Source: Amphiscolops sp. MND2022 (Eukaryota). From it: a DNA stretch of 64,000 nucleotides. The notes beneath the pieces are model-generated. The model searched no databases, had not been told where the DNA came from, and saw nothing but the letters and a program-made list of their open reading frames with translations. Shown here piece after piece: positions 31,947 through 46,560 of this stretch (its first letter is position 1; every line of letters starts with the position of its first letter). The translations under genes and the position numbers were made by a program. Where the stretch lies: assembly GCA_964187785.1 (NCBI GenBank), contig OZ076415.1, positions 18,972,001 through 19,036,000 on the forward strand. Direction: 5' to 3'.

Positions 31947-33220
31947 CCCAAAAGTTTTTTTCGCTAGCTAAAAGTGTTTGGGTTCTTTTCGGCGTTGCCG
32001 TCTGGCAGCTTGTTTGATTTTTCCCTGAGGATCCCCTTTCATTTTAGGCCTGGAAAATCTTTGCAGGATCCTCAGGATTTCGGCACTGCGACTTACCTAA
32101 TTTGGTTTAAGGGTTTTTTGTAGGTTTACTGTCAAAACTTTTTGGAGCCTCGGAGTGATTTCAGTTTTTCGTTGGTGCTGTGGAACTGATAAATGTTTTT
32201 CATTACTTGTTCTCATGGAAAAGACCATTCCTGTTTTCTTTAAATCTGTGCGAATTTTTGCGAACTTTGTTTTAACTACAGCTCTGTTTTTAATTTGTTT
32301 TCATTTAGTTGAGACTGTTTGTTTCCAAACAATTGAGTTCTGTGATTTTGTTTCCAAAGACTTCTTAAAACACGAAAAATATCGCAGTTCCACTGTGACT
32401 CTTGTTGGACTAAACATTAGGTTTTCAGTCAGCGTAAGTTTCAGTCATAATTTTGAGAAGCTTCACAATGTGCTTTCACAATGTTCGTCCTCTGCGACAT
32501 GAGAATCGTTGTACTTGATGCAATAGCTCATTTTGTGAAACGTAAAGTCTTCATGACGTTAGATTCGTCAGGTGTCATCTCGATGGTGCTTAAATCGTCG
32601 AGAGAACCCTTGAACAGGGTAAATAGGTAGCAGTCCCAATTTGGATCACAGGTCGAGACTGCACTCCTCTCTCCATAGCAATTCATTGCTTAACACACGG
32701 CTAGTGTTCTGTTTATACTTCTGCCCCACAAAGGGTTAATAAGTGCAACGGGTTGCAGATTTCTCAGTTTTCTCTACGGAGCTAAGATTGTTCTCAAAAG
32801 AGGTTACTTGAGTTATTGACAAGATATCTTGACGGAATTTTGCGAGATCCTGGCTAAATTTCGGTGAGTCTTGGCGGCATCCTGTAAGATTACAATGACG
32901 GAAGAACGTCTTGCACTGAAGCTGCATCGCGATTCTTTTTGTTCAAACTGATAATTTTGGTCCCAGTGTCGATTTGATCCTGCAATGAGCCGCGAGCCCC
33001 CTGAGGTTCTGAGGTTACCAATTTTGCCACGCTAACTTTGCATCAAAAATACGAAAATCTCATCTTATTTCTTTTCAGCGGAGGAGAGTTTTTGAGACAA
33101 TTACTACGCAACAAAATCTGGCTCGAACAAGATGACGCATAGTTCTGAGGACGTTTTTTAGAGCGGAACCTTTCCACAAATAGTGCATTTAGTTTAGTGA
33201 TGAATGACGTGTTTGTTCAG

Positions 33221-36200
33221 ATGCCTTTTCCATTGAACGGAGACTGACACCCCCGCTCCCTCCAGCGCAATGTCCCCCAGGTTTCCAGTGCCCGGACTCG
33301 AATGGCGTTCCAGGGGATTGCATCGATGCCAGTTGGGTCTGTGATGGCTTCATTGATTGCGCTGATGGTGCTGACGAGTCTCCCTCTTGCGAAAGCAGTT
33401 AGTTCCACAACTTTTCAAGGTTGAGTGAATATTAAATACTCGAAATAGAACACAAAAAATGACAAGTTTCCATATTTCTTTGCCACAAGCTTGCAAAATT
33501 GTCAGTTTCTACATTCTAATAAAAACTTTTATGAAATTTGGTATTTTTGGCCTCAAATAAACGCTCATGTCATGTTTGTTTACGTAGGTAGCATTAAGAC
33601 TTATTTCGTAGATTGAGCCATTTCATACAGAAAGTCTGATTTAAAGTCTGATCTTCGTAATATAGGGGTCTTTAGTACCAAATTTTGGATTTTCCGCCCT
33701 AAGTTCCCTCCTTGGATATTTTGTTGTAACACTTTATGGAAAATATCGCAGTGCCTTTGCGTCTCTTGTATGTGATTCAAAATTTGCTTTCAGGCAGAGA
33801 TTCACATGAGCAGTTTAATGCATGCGTTTTTCTCCCTTTTTTCATGCTTTTTTCATGCCTTTTATTTAATGCATGGTTTTTTCTATATAGCGTGCAATGG
33901 CTTCAAGTGTCCTACGGAAGACGATTCAGATTATGACTGCATTGAATCCCACTTGGAATGCGATGGTATCTACGACTGCAGCGATGGCTCAGATGAACAC
34001 TACCACTGCAGTTAGTTTTGGTACTCCAGGCGATGGGTTTCCAATTTTAAAAATTTATTTCGTAATTTTTCAAATCAGTTTCTCATTTTTTACAATCATT
34101 TCTTGCACATAATAAATGACTCTAGTTGATGAAAGTAGACGAACACGAACTTGGTAGCTTTTCACTTTTGGCGGAGCAGAAAAGGAACCTTTGAAGGAAA
34201 AATTGGAGAAAATTTCAATGCAAAAAAGCTTCCGATCTTATCATTCACTAAAATGCTGAATGATTTAGATACTCGGAAAATTTTGAATGCGCCTACATTG
34301 CGTTTTATACGCTCTTTTGAATAGAAAAATAAAATACGCACTTTTGAATAAAAACAGGCCACTACAGTGTGAAACTAGAAAAAACTGAAAGTAGGTTTCC
34401 GCTCAAGGCCCAAAAAGTGCATAGTCTTCTAAACAGAACCATTTGTAATAAAAATCCGAAAAGTACCGAAAAACATTCAAAACGGTAGTTTTTGGGCTTG
34501 TCTAGTTTTGTAGATCAGATAAGTTGTACAATACTCCAAGACGGCAGTTTTGGCCTTTTTTGGTAAGCTTTGTGAAGTCTGTTAGATGGTAGACCGTAGA
34601 ATATGAGCTACGTGTTAAGGAGAAAAAATTTAACTTCGTAACACTACTATTCGAATACCAAAATGCACCGACTAACATACTCACCGAATAACGTGCGGTT
34701 TTCATTCAAAAATGTCACCTAGAGTAACTTATCACTTTTTTGAATGGGAATTTTTGGAACCTGTCAATGATGTCAAGAATTGCTAGGCGAGAGTAATCTA
34801 AGGAGTAAGGCATTGATAGTACATTCCTTGCAAGATTCTTTTGAGAAAAATTTTGTGAAATGTTCTTGAAATAAAATTTTCATTCTTTATATTTATGACT
34901 TCAAGTTGACTACTGCATCGTGACTATCAGATTGCTGTCACAAACTGCGTTTAGTTACTGGAGGATTCAACTTAAGAAAGTATCTCAAAGTGTGATCTTA
35001 GTGAAGTTATTAAAATAGACCATTTCAGTGACGGAACGTTTAAAATAGTTTCAAAAGTATTTTGAAATATTTTCAGATCAATAGTGTTATGTACCGGCTA
35101 ATGATTTAAAACTAGGCTTGGCATAATTTATTGATTGAAATTATATTTCAATTCGTTAAATTGCCCTTTTGAAAAAATAGTTAACGTTTTTGACATTCTA
35201 CTCAAATCACGAATACGTTAGCATAATTTCTCAGTATGAAGTACATTGAATTCAAGAATCTTGCATGGAAAACATTTTGTAAGTAGTGGGTTTTTTGCAA
35301 GGATCTTGCAAGATCCTTGCAAGGTATGCATTTATTCTCAACCAAGGTACCTTTAATTTCTAACGATCTATATAACTTAATGATCGGCCTTGTTTGCAAA
35401 CAAGTATCTTGGTAGCCCTCAATGAAACGGCTTGATTTTTTTGCGAGCACTTAAAAACTATTAGTTTTCAAAAACTTACTGAAACTTTCATGGGAAAATA
35501 TCTCCCTGCTGTATTCGATACTTGAAGAAAAGAAGCGTCCTAAATCCGGCGGCAATTTTAAGCTTCGAAGTTTTGCGGGTTTCATTCGGAAACAGTTCTA
35601 ATTTCAACTGAACGAATTCTTAAAACGGTGACAAAAGATATGCTTTAACAGGACAGCAATGCGAGGTCGTATGGTGCAAAATGCAGAATGGGGACGTGGC
35701 TGGTTGTTTGTATGCACAGGATGAGTGCAATGGCTACTTCGATTGCGAAGATGGTTCGGATGAACACCCGGGATGCGGTAAGCATGATTTTGGCCGTTAT
35801 CAACGAGCAGGAATATAGTCTAAGGAATGATGTCCCAATGCAAAACGGGACTAACGTCTAAAGTCAAGACATTTTCACTCCCTATCTTTGTACATTGTAA
35901 TTTAGACGTTATTGCTTTAGACGTTATTCGCGTCCCAAACCATTATCATCTACAAATTTTCCGCTTTTTTGATCACACGCCAGGCCAAGTTTTTATAGTA
36001 TCAAATGAAACTGGTTCTCAATATTTGCAGGATAGTTATTGCTTATCGCGTCCAAAAAGTCGGTGATCCGTGAATAAAAATGAGCTGTCAACTTGATATC
36101 ATTTGCCAAAAAGGAATTTTTACTAATTGCTTGGTAAGTACAACTTTTCTCAGCTGCGTCTTAGAAAGAAAAAGTTGTTTCTGACTTTCATCGATTACGA

Positions 36201-39200
36201 GAAAGCATTTGACCGTGTTGACCACGGCCTATTATGGAAAAAAATGCAGTCGGTCAACATAAATGGAAGAGTGTTAGAAGTAATAAGAAACCTATATCAA
36301 AAAACTAAAGCATGTGTTAGAGTCAATGGAGAGCTATCAGACGTATTCAAATGTCGAATGGGTGTACGACAAGGAGACACATTGTCACCTCTTCTATTTA
36401 TAATTTACATCAATGATTTTAAAAATATTATCAGTCAGAAGTTCTCAGGAATCGAACTGCAGTCAGAAACGAATACAAATACGGATCTCGAATTATGGTT
36501 AAAGATGTACGCTCTCCTGTATGCAGATGATACCGTGCTTATATGCGAAAGTGAACATGATATGCAAAAAGCACTCGACGCTACAGCAGAATACTGTATG
36601 GAAAACAATATGAAAATTAATGTTTCCAAGACAAAATTTATGATATGTTCACGCGGGAAGATTAGAAAATATTCTGATGACCTAGTGTATGGCACACCAA
36701 TTGAACGTGTTGATACCTTCCTGTATTTGGGAATTGTTGTCAAGTTTAATAACACTTTTCAAACAACCATAAACAATGTGGATAAAGCTAAAAAGGCATT
36801 ACATAAACTAGCAGTCTATTCAGGTAAAATTGAATTAGACGTAGAAACACAACTACATCTTTTCGATGCATTGATCAAGCCTATTTTATTATACGGCTGT
36901 GAGGTGTGGGGATATGAAAATGTCGAACAAATTGAAATTTTCCACCGAAATTTTTTGAGAAAGATGTTAAGAATTAGGAAAGGTGTCCCTAAAGCGATGA
37001 TTTACGGTGAATTAGGACAAACAGAGATGAAGTTCTCAATCTGGCAAAGAATGGCATTCTACTGGAAAAAAGTTACCACGAACAGTCAGAAACTTCCTGA
37101 TATGATGTTCAAATGGTTAAACTTGAGTAACTATGAAAATAAATGGCTGCAAGGCGTAAAAAACATACTGATAAATTGCGGCATACCAACTATTGAGAAT
37201 TACGTCAACTACGTTAACGACAATGAGTTCAGAAATTATATCAAACGATACTGTGAGGATCTTGCTAAACAATCCTGGCAAACAATGATGCGCGCAACGC
37301 CCATATGTGAATGTTACAGTATATACAAACGAAAGGCCGAATTAGAATTGTATATTCGCAAACTAAATTTTAAAGAAAGGATAGGGCTGACCCATTTCAG
37401 GTGTGCACCTATAACTTTACCAACGGTAAAAGACAAGATCCTAGGGAACGAAAGCAATACATGTCCGTTCTGTCGAGAAAATTGTAAAGCCGACGAATAC
37501 CACCTACTGCTAGTCTGTAAATTTTTCCGAACTGACCGCGAAAGACTCTTGCCGCAATATTTCTGTTACTACCCGAATTTGATAAAACTAGACCAGCTGA
37601 TGAATACCGTAAAAATTGAGAACTTGAGTAAACTTTCTGTTCTATGCAGAATTATCTGCAACGCTAGTGCTTCCATAACAGGTGATAATCAAGTTTAATT
37701 TAAATCTGTAATTTGTACGCCTTCGGGCATCAAATTAATTAAATCTTCTTCTTCTTCTTAAAATTTTTCTATACTCCTATTTAATACCCAACAAGCCGGG
37801 AACGGCATAAGTCGGCGCCATATCTAAGGCTCAAAAATAGCAGAAGGACTTCAAAATGTCGAGTTTTTTACAGTACCCGAAAACCCGAGAGTTGGACCGA
37901 ACTGGCGCGCTAAAAGGGAATTTTCAATTTATGTCGCAAAACAAAATTGAGGAAATTGAAAATTTTTCGAAAAGCCTCACAACGCCGAAAACTGAGGGGC
38001 CATTTAGTCTCGCCCGGTATTGTACGTTACGCGGAAAAACTTTTTGGTTCAGTGGGCCAAAAGCTTCAAGTTGAAACCATAAAATTTCGTAAAGCATTCA
38101 ACTATTTTGGTCAGTTCGTGTGGATTGAAAAACGTCACTATAATAGTCGTTCCACTTCATGAAAGCGCCAACTAGAAAACAGGACCGCAAAACTCAGTTC
38201 CGAAGCATTTGTTTATGAACATTTGTAAATCACGAGCCTATATTTCTAAAACCAAGTATTAATTACAGTAAATAATTCTATACTTGCCCAAAAAAGCGCA
38301 AAAGCTGCCAATGTCTTGAAATTTTCCACGGTGGTAAATAGATTAGTGCTTAGCGGGCGGGCGCCTTTGTAAATCAACGTGACCCAGAACCGGGTTAAAG
38401 ATTCCATCGGATGTCGGAAAAAGTTTGTGAAGCTATTTTGATGGTTTTAATTGAACTTTATGACTGGGTACTATCATTTTCGTAATTTCTATCCAGAGCA
38501 GCAGTGTGACACTATAATGTGCCATCTACTTGAGCGGGACACAGTCTCTTGTGTAGATGATTGGCTAATGTGTAATGGATACATTGATTGCCAGGATGGA
38601 TCCGACGAACATTCTGCATGTCGTAAGTAATGAACAAAAAATTAATGGAGTGACTCAACCTAAACTCTCAGAAGATAACACAAAAGTTACTAGCAGAATA
38701 TTGTAGGAAATTCACATCAAATCCGAGAAGACTTTTGCAAACAATGTGGTTTATGTATGGAAATTTAAATTGACGCAATTTCCGACAAAATTTCAGGTAT
38801 TGCGTCATCAGAAATTATGTCTGTAATTACGTACTATAAAACGTTGTCGCATTTTAGCTCTATTAGGGTATTTTTGTTTACCTTTGAATAACTTCGTTGT
38901 AAAAAATTCTTAAGGATTTAAATACATCTTTGAAACATTTTTGGATTTTTGGGAGGTCTTGGATTATACTCGAATTTTGTCTATTTCGAGAGAAATATAG
39001 CTTTTTTGCACTGCCTCTCTATCTTTTGGAATATACCGAGTGAAAATTTATCCATCCTAGCTGAAAGCAAATGATACGAAATGTGTCAGTCTCAGCACAA
39101 AATACTTGAAACCCTTCTAGTGGGAAAGCATTAAATCATTCGGGGCGGTATGAAGTTCGAATCTCCCAATTCTCTGGTTGAAACTACTTGAGCTTTTTAC

Positions 39201-42200
39201 TACTTGAGCATTTCGTAGGTTACCAGCAAATTTTTATTTTCGTAAAACTCAAGGAAACTTCATTAGAATTTTACTGATTTGATTTAATTTTAACAAGCTG
39301 CCTCTTGAAGATGCCAACGTTTGAGCAATTCTGAGAAGCCAAGTTTTGCAGGCTTCATCAAGAGGAGGCAATTCTAACTTGAAAGCAGCTGAGACCTCAT
39401 CGATTTTACCGCGATTTCAATGCAAATAAACTTCAGTCATATAAGATTCAAGTAGCGTCATGTTCAGTTGCTATTTGACTAACGGTGATTGAATACATAA
39501 AGTACTTACTTGAACGTGAAAAAGTGATCTCGACGGTGAAGTGGAAGTGTTTTCAGTTTTGATTGAAATAGTGGACGCTGCATTTCCCCATGTATGATCG
39601 TGAATTTTCCATGTTTTGTAAATTAGCCTGCATGTCCATATGGCATCCAAAGAATTCAAGCCATCTCGACTAGGGTCACCATTGCTGGGCCTTGTGCAAG
39701 TCTTTCATCTCTAGCTTAGTGGTATGGTAAATGACAACGCATTTGGCAGAGAAAAGCAAAAAGAGCAACGGTGAGCGGTCAGAGACCTTTGTGACCTTGA
39801 GCAAGTCACTTTTAAACCATAGCTTCAAGCCGGCCATTGTTTGGCTATTTGGCTGCAAATATGGTACCATAGCTTTTTCTGGGGAGGTAGTATCCGAAAG
39901 GGAGCCGACTTAGAAAAGCAGAATTGCTTAGTCGGCGTCCACCCCGCGGAATTGGGGAAATAATAAACTTATCTTTTACATCATAAAGGACTCCCGCATT
40001 TTGTTGATTGGGGAACATCTCTCTGCTAATTATTTTGAATCATTTTCGCACATGTACTAGTTACTGGCATTGCGTCTGTTTCGTCAATCTATTCTACATG
40101 TTTTTAAAACTTTTTACTTTGTTCAGGCGGAAGCTGTGAAGGAATCTGGTGCCAAGCAGTGGACATGGATGTTGAAATTTGTGTCGATACTTCTCGGGAA
40201 TGCGATGGCAGAGTGGACTGCGCAGATGCTTCGGACGAACATAGTGGATGCGGTTAGAAATCGAAGGACACCATCTGTGGTTGTCAGATCAATTGTCTCA
40301 TCTTTTCGATTTCCTTTTTTTTCGCATGCTTTATTGAATCTTAGCTTCTAGTTGATGAGATATTTGTTTTCAGTGAAAAGTTAACACTTCCTTCTCAGCA
40401 ACGAAGTATTCCTTCTGAAGATTTTCATATGGAAAATTTTCAAACAAATTACTACAAATTAAGACCGCTAAGTTATAAGTAGAATTGCAGTGCGCGTAAT
40501 CTGAGCCCATTTTTACTAGCTCCATGCAATGGATTCCAGTGTCCCGCAGTCAATGGCATAGCAGGAGACTGTATTGACTCATCGTGGGAATGTGATAGTA
40601 TCGTCGACTGCAGGGACGGTGGCGATGAAAATTCCTTCAAATGCAGTAAGATTGCTTTGATTTTTTTAGATTTTGTTGAAATGATGCAACACAGAAGATG
40701 TTTACTTCGTATACTACATAGTGACCTATATCTAAAAAACCTCCAGATTTCTGTGAGATATGGTAATATCGAACTATAAAAGTGATATGTCATGCTCAGT
40801 AGATGAATGAAAGTTTGCTTCAAAATTTTTTTTCGCGCAATTTTTGACAGACCTGAAATGGAAAATTAATTTTTATGCTGTAGTAATTGTTTCCGGTTCA
40901 ATGCAGAATATAGCCAAAATTCCTGTTCCATGTTTTCCACGGCAGTAGGCGATGCTTTCGAGTCTTACCAGCGTAGTTTTTTCAATTGAGTTGAACCGTA
41001 ATAACTGTGCATTGGTCAAAAATAACTTGGATATAACAAATTCGGTTTAAGAATTTTTAGTTAACCGATTTCATCAAACTTCTGAAAAACGATGTTACGT
41101 TCCCTTTATGTAACGTCTTCTGGCAAAAACGTTCAACCATAATCAAGCCGTACACTAAACATATTATATTAGCGTATACTATCTAAGTACACGGCATGCA
41201 AATCCTTCGACTTCGATTGGCTTTCGGCAACTTACAAAATCACATGTCTTAGGGTCATCGTGTCAAACAATTTGGTGCTCAGCAGTCGACAACCCGACGG
41301 TTGAAATCTGTCTAGCCAGTTACCAAGAGTGTGATGGTTATGATCATTGTCTAGACGGATCAGACGAACATCATCTATGCGGTGAGATTTTAATCTAGTT
41401 CAAATGTCTGGCAGATGTTTCCCCTGTTCTCAAGCAAAAATCAATGCATAAATCTAGCATGAAAGTTATGACAGTCATCTAACAAACCCCGTTTCGGATA
41501 CGTACTAATTCTTGCACTTTGGGCTCAGGAGATTCGAGCTTTACTGATCGATCCGATGTTTGGTGAATTGATTGTCAACAAAAAACGAACGTATCAAGTC
41601 GACTCCTCGTATCAAGTCTGAAAGAGCAAACGTTTCTCAGCGGATTTTAAAACAAAGCCCTGAACACTTTTGCAGCGCCAAAGATATCTCAGTTTCAAGT
41701 CAAAACTCTAACAGTATCAAAAGGGTACCGTTGTGATGCTTTCTGTAGTAACAGTCAATATTAATATTTTTGTTGCAAAATTTTTGATAGAACTTAGTCA
41801 CTTTCCCTGGATTGAAAAAAAACGACAAAACTATACTAGTAGGTTTAAAATTCATATAGCACTGATTAAAAATGGCGAACAAAACATCTTCATTGGGACA
41901 CTTTTTAGTCGGCGCTTTTCTTAAGAAAAGAGCCCGACTATTACAGTCACTCGTTTTTTTTTATTTAAGACAGACTCGAAGCGACGAACGTTAAAATTAA
42001 CGTTCAACTACTAAACTACTAAATACAGTACTAAACTACTGGACCGGTAAAGGCAAACGGGGAGCGCATTCATTTACTTTTTAAACGTTACCTACAAGCC
42101 CGGACGGGACTAAAGGGTCCCCCCTTTCAATTTTTTTCGGCACAGATTTTTTTTTCGAAATTTTTTAAATGTCCCCAAAGGGTCCCCCCTTTGAGTTTTT

Positions 42201-42709
42201 TGTTATTTTGCTACAGAATGCGTGTTTATAAATCAAAAAGGGTCCCCTCTTTTACATTTTTCGGCACTGTGCGACATTTTCCGAAAGAAAAATTTGTTTC
42301 GAAAATTTCAAGTTTTTTCCAAAAAAAATGTTTTGCGCTTTTTGAGCCTTAGATATAGCGCCGACTTGAGACGTTCCCGTCTTGTTAATTAATGAAGTAA
42401 GCAAAAAAAGATGACCCTACCTAATTGTGTTCAAACACAAGTGTTCAAATCTGTTGACAAACTGTTAGACTAATTAATAGTGACAAAGATTAGTGACAAA
42501 GATAAGATGCCCTGAATAGATCACCTCTAAGTCTAAGAAGTAAGAAAGTGTTTTCTGGTCCTCACTTACCTTGAAATTTCAGAAGCCCAGTGCAGTGGTT
42601 TCTGGTGCAAGCGTTACCAAGACTCTAAGGGCTTCTGTCTCCCAAACGAGTTCGAATGTGACCAAATGCCCCAGTGCCCTGATGGCTCGGATGAACACCC
42701 GAATTGTCC
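33221..42709 (+). CDS. Multi-exon gene with eight LDL-receptor class A repeats (start and end not resolved)
   Basis: Exons 33221-33397, 33891-34010, 35652-35777, 38497-38622, 40127-40252, 40520-40645, 41253-41381, 42583-42709. Each is AG/GT-bounded and encodes six Cys with a C[DN]xxxxCxD[GA][SAG]DE calcium-cage motif; the first seven are phase 1-1 with lengths divisible by 3. Confidence 0.9.
36127..37760 (+). mobile_element. 5'-truncated non-LTR retrotransposon (LINE) in an LDLa intron
   Basis: 523-aa open frame: [31 protein letters not shown]-terminal CPFC..DEYH....C finger; (TTC)n tail at ~37745-37759. Clade not resolved. Confidence 0.92.
37790..38100 (-). mobile_element. Copy of the interspersed repeat seen at 29985 (terminus 37790-37832)
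   Basis: Reverse complement of gagccttagatatggcgccgacttatgccgttcccggcttgtt. Inner boundary approximate. Confidence 0.5.
42110..42386 (+). mobile_element. Copy of the interspersed repeat seen at 29985
   Basis: Three aagggtcccc motifs and terminus gagccttagatatagcgccgacttgagacgttcccgtcttgtt. Confidence 0.6.
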
Positions 42710-44639
42710 GTTAGTTGTTTTCAAAGAAACCTATTGGTTAAAACCCTTCAAAAGAAGAGCTATGCGCCAGTGGTCTGCAAAGTTTCATTGGCAGAACATA
42801 TTAACCGTACATGTAAATACTTAAGTCTATAGCCGCCCGTCCCCGCCTTAGTTTACAAAAGTTGACTCAATTTAGATTTTCCAGTTTTTAGGGAAAAAAC
42901 GCTGGTGTGAAAGAGTAGGAGTCCAGAGTCTTTATTGCGCTATTGTGGTTTCAAGAAATTCAACGTTTTTCTTCCAACAAACAATTGCAAAAAGGAAGGC
43001 ACGCTTCTAGTCGGCTGAGCTACCGCCGTTGATAAAAGGTATTAGCCGTCTATATGGCATCAGCTGAGTCGGCGCGCAGCACTTTTAAGTTTTTCAACAA
43101 GGGGAGCATTCGGAAAATTTTTTAATTGGGCTTCACCAATTGACAACACCGAGGTAACCGTTCATGAAACTTCTCTGTACACTAAAGCAGAACTTGAAAA
43201 GTTAGCAGTCATTAGTTTTTGCTCAGTTATTTTTCTTAGGCTTAAAAGGTTGAGGGTAAAACATGGCGTGGATCGTATAGACTGGAAACGGTATTTAATT
43301 GACGCTGAATTTCAATTCAAAATCTGAAAGTTCATCCGCGGAGCAAACATGGAAATTGATACATTTGGTGTACATTTACATGTCAAAATCTTGTTAAAGT
43401 CTAGGTTAAAATCTAAAGTTAAAACATAAATGGTATGACTCGTGCTTCTTCCAGAACGATCCGCTCTTCTCTAGGTCGGCCTCCGTCAAAAGCAGTTTCT
43501 GGACTAGTACTGGCACGTCGCTCCGCTCCTGTGTTTAAAACAATATCGGTGTGAACGTAGCTAATCACGATTCTAATTTAGGAGATTTTTACATAGGTGA
43601 TTTCGTCTAGATTTTAGCTTTGTTATCAAAAGCTAAACTTCTCAATTTATGATATCGCAGTTTATGTTGAAATTTCACTGTGATAATTGAATTTTTCTGT
43701 TTAGAGCCCCACTTATGAGCAGTGGATAGTCTTGCCTGATGTGGAAATTCTGCAGATGCTAGCATTCCAATGAGCTGACGATGAACACTGCAACTGAGAA
43801 AACTGAATTTTTCTTTCCAAATTTATCAGGAGTTGAACATGCATAATTTGTATTGCTTGACTTATCAAGACAATGAAATTAACGTTGAATTTTTAATCTC
43901 TCTTGATTATGAAAAGTAGGCTGAGATTTCACAATTTTCTGTACAATCTGTAAACAGCTCAATCTATATTGCTTTGATTTACGAGTAATGGAGATCGAAC
44001 TAGGGGTGATCTGCGAAGGGGAAATCTGCTGAAAGTCACTTAAAATTTGAAAATCTGATTAAGGGCTTTGAAGCCATTTGTAGATGCGAAGTTCTTCATC
44101 TAGAGGATTTGACTAGTGGTTTTTGTAAGATATCCGAAGCAATTGTGGGAGGCAGACACATTATCTTGAACCGTTCGAATCTATTTAGATTATAGACGAG
44201 AGGAAATTGTTTTACAACAAACTTTAAAGACTGTACCGTCCATTTATGTTAATCATTTAGATAGTTGAGAATACAGCTGAACATTATAATACCCTATTTG
44301 TTTTTAACCGTAAGATCACGATCTTATCAGTAATGCCTCGCTCCGAAGGCCTTCTTATAGGTTAGTATCTTACTACAAAGGCGTACCCTATTCGAGATTG
44401 CTTGAATTTTTACATGCTGTATGGAAACATGCAGGTCAATTTTTTTTTACAAAACATGGAAAACTCAGGAAGCATAAAAGGAAAAATTGTAGGATTACAA
44501 TGTAGCTTCGACTTTGAACTAAAACTGAAACTAAAACATTTCCATTTCACCGCCGCGATCACGTTTTCACGCTCAAGTTTCTCAAGTACCCATGTATGGA
44601 CTATATATGGAATTAAAGAAACATGGCTGGGTGAACACG

Positions 44640-46560
44640 AAACTAAACTCTGGGAAGTGAATACAAGTTTCATTTTTTTTTCGATGTGACTGGATTAAAG
44701 AGCGCGGTTGGGGGCGTAATTTTGGCTGTCCCTCAATCACGCAATCCAAAAGAGCGCAAAGATTTGAACTATTTAGATAATGTCTTCGAAAGCATCTGGA
44801 TAGAATGTAGAACTACTGACTCTTCGGCAATAAAGAATAACCAACTGATCAACATCAGTTATATCCCGCATAAGCATTACTGTCGACATGTTTTGGAAGA
44901 ATTTTCAACTATTAGCGAATATGCTATTGTGGAAACTTCATTTAATGGGTGATTATATTATAAAGTTTTTTAAACAAAAATGAACGCGAATGCCTAGAGA
45001 CGAGACTATTTTGATACCTTATGGTCTCGGTCATTAACAAAGACCTCCCCACCAGTGTCGTCGGAACAACAAAAACTTTGATGGACTACATTATTACGAT
45101 TACGGATCAGCTAAATGCTGAAACGTTTTAAAGCTATGTGTTTGATAGTCCTTTTCGTATTTCAAAAACAAACCAATTAATCATCAAGCAACATCGATAA
45201 TTAGTGATTTTCAAATCAAACATTAAAATATGTCGGGATCTGGAATCCAGCCACTGGAGCAGGCTCACCAAAAAAGCGCCGAGGATATGTTCTAAGTATT
45301 CAGTATTACCTTTGAAAAATCTCGTCAAATGTGTGTCACAAAAATAAAAGTGTTGACACACAATGCTAAAAGCTCAATCATTATTCAAAAATCTTGGATT
45401 TAAATCTAAGTGAAAACCAAAAAAATATTTGCAAACTGAAAACTGAAAGAATTCATGCATCCTGATGACATTTTTTATAATTTAATTCATCAAAGCGTTT
45501 GCGAGAAACTGAATGAAAACAGCCGCAGTCACAAAACTAACATTTTCAAACAACTCCAGTCAGATCGTCAAACATAGAGCTTCATAAATGAAACTCGAAA
45601 TTCCAAAAAATGTAAAACGGAAGTAGTTTCTTTGAAAAATACTTTTGGGCATATCATAACCGACGAAAAGATTATAAACTTACTCGACTACCGCTCCTCA
45701 AAACTCGGTGACTAAATCGGATCGAAGCAAAAACGTTTGATGAAGAAATTTAAACAAAAGTCAAAGCAAATGTGATACTTAAATTCCAAATCGATTCAAC
45801 AAAAACGCCGAAGAAACACATTTTTTTGCATTCTGTATACCATCAAAAACACTTCGATAAAAAATGTCGAGTTACAAGTTCACAGTCATTCTATCAAACA
45901 AAAATATTATGTAATATACTTTGGTGTACAATTGGATCAGAACCTCAACTATCAGAAAAAATTTACAATATTCTACGGAAAAAGGCCTGCGGTATCAAAA
46001 CAATCTACTGTCTTCGTAATTGTTTACCAACAAAAATCAGAATACTGTTACTAAATGCCCTTTTCATCAGTCATTTACATTACTCTACTATCCACTTGAA
46101 CGGCATTTCTCAAAGCCTCATTTCGACTCTGGAAAAACAAGTAAATTGGGGAGTCAAAGCATGCTTTATTTGATATAAAATGGATTCCAGGTTTCTAAGA
46201 ACGATTTTAGGTTAGAGTTTCCAATTTTATCGGTTCGTCATCTGCTGGACTTGAACGCTCTTTTATTTTTCTGGAAGTGGAAATATAATCGTTCGCCCGC
46301 TTTCTCACAACTTGAGATCGCCACTGCAAATCTTAAAACACATGAAAGACCATTAAATTTAACCTATCATGGTTTTGCCAATATCGAGCAGCTGAAAAAC
46401 AGCTTTTTCAAGAGAGTAGTACCATTGGGGAAAGATTTGCCTGGAAAACTGAAATAGGGAAATCAGGCGTATGAAAATGTCAAGAAGATGTCGAAAACGT
46501 TTTTTAATGAAAAATTTGTCAATGACATCGATAGACCTCAATATAGTCAGAAATGTTTGA
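44640..46560 (+). mobile_element. Heavily decayed L2/CR1-like LINE (APE endonuclease and RT C-terminal remnants, RT core missing)
   Basis: GGVILAVP, FESIWIEC, LINISYIP, DYII, then LG(V)QLDQNL and LLLNALFISHLHY-like remnants in broken frames. Confidence 0.7.

Noticed and set aside
31950-32720. Decayed minus-strand reading frame
   Set aside because: Multiple stops and no identifiable domain.
43705-43800. Possible terminal exon of the LDLa gene (PAPLMSSG-stop) or a degenerate ninth repeat
   Set aside because: Phase fits but the peptide is uninformative; cannot be supported without RNA data.
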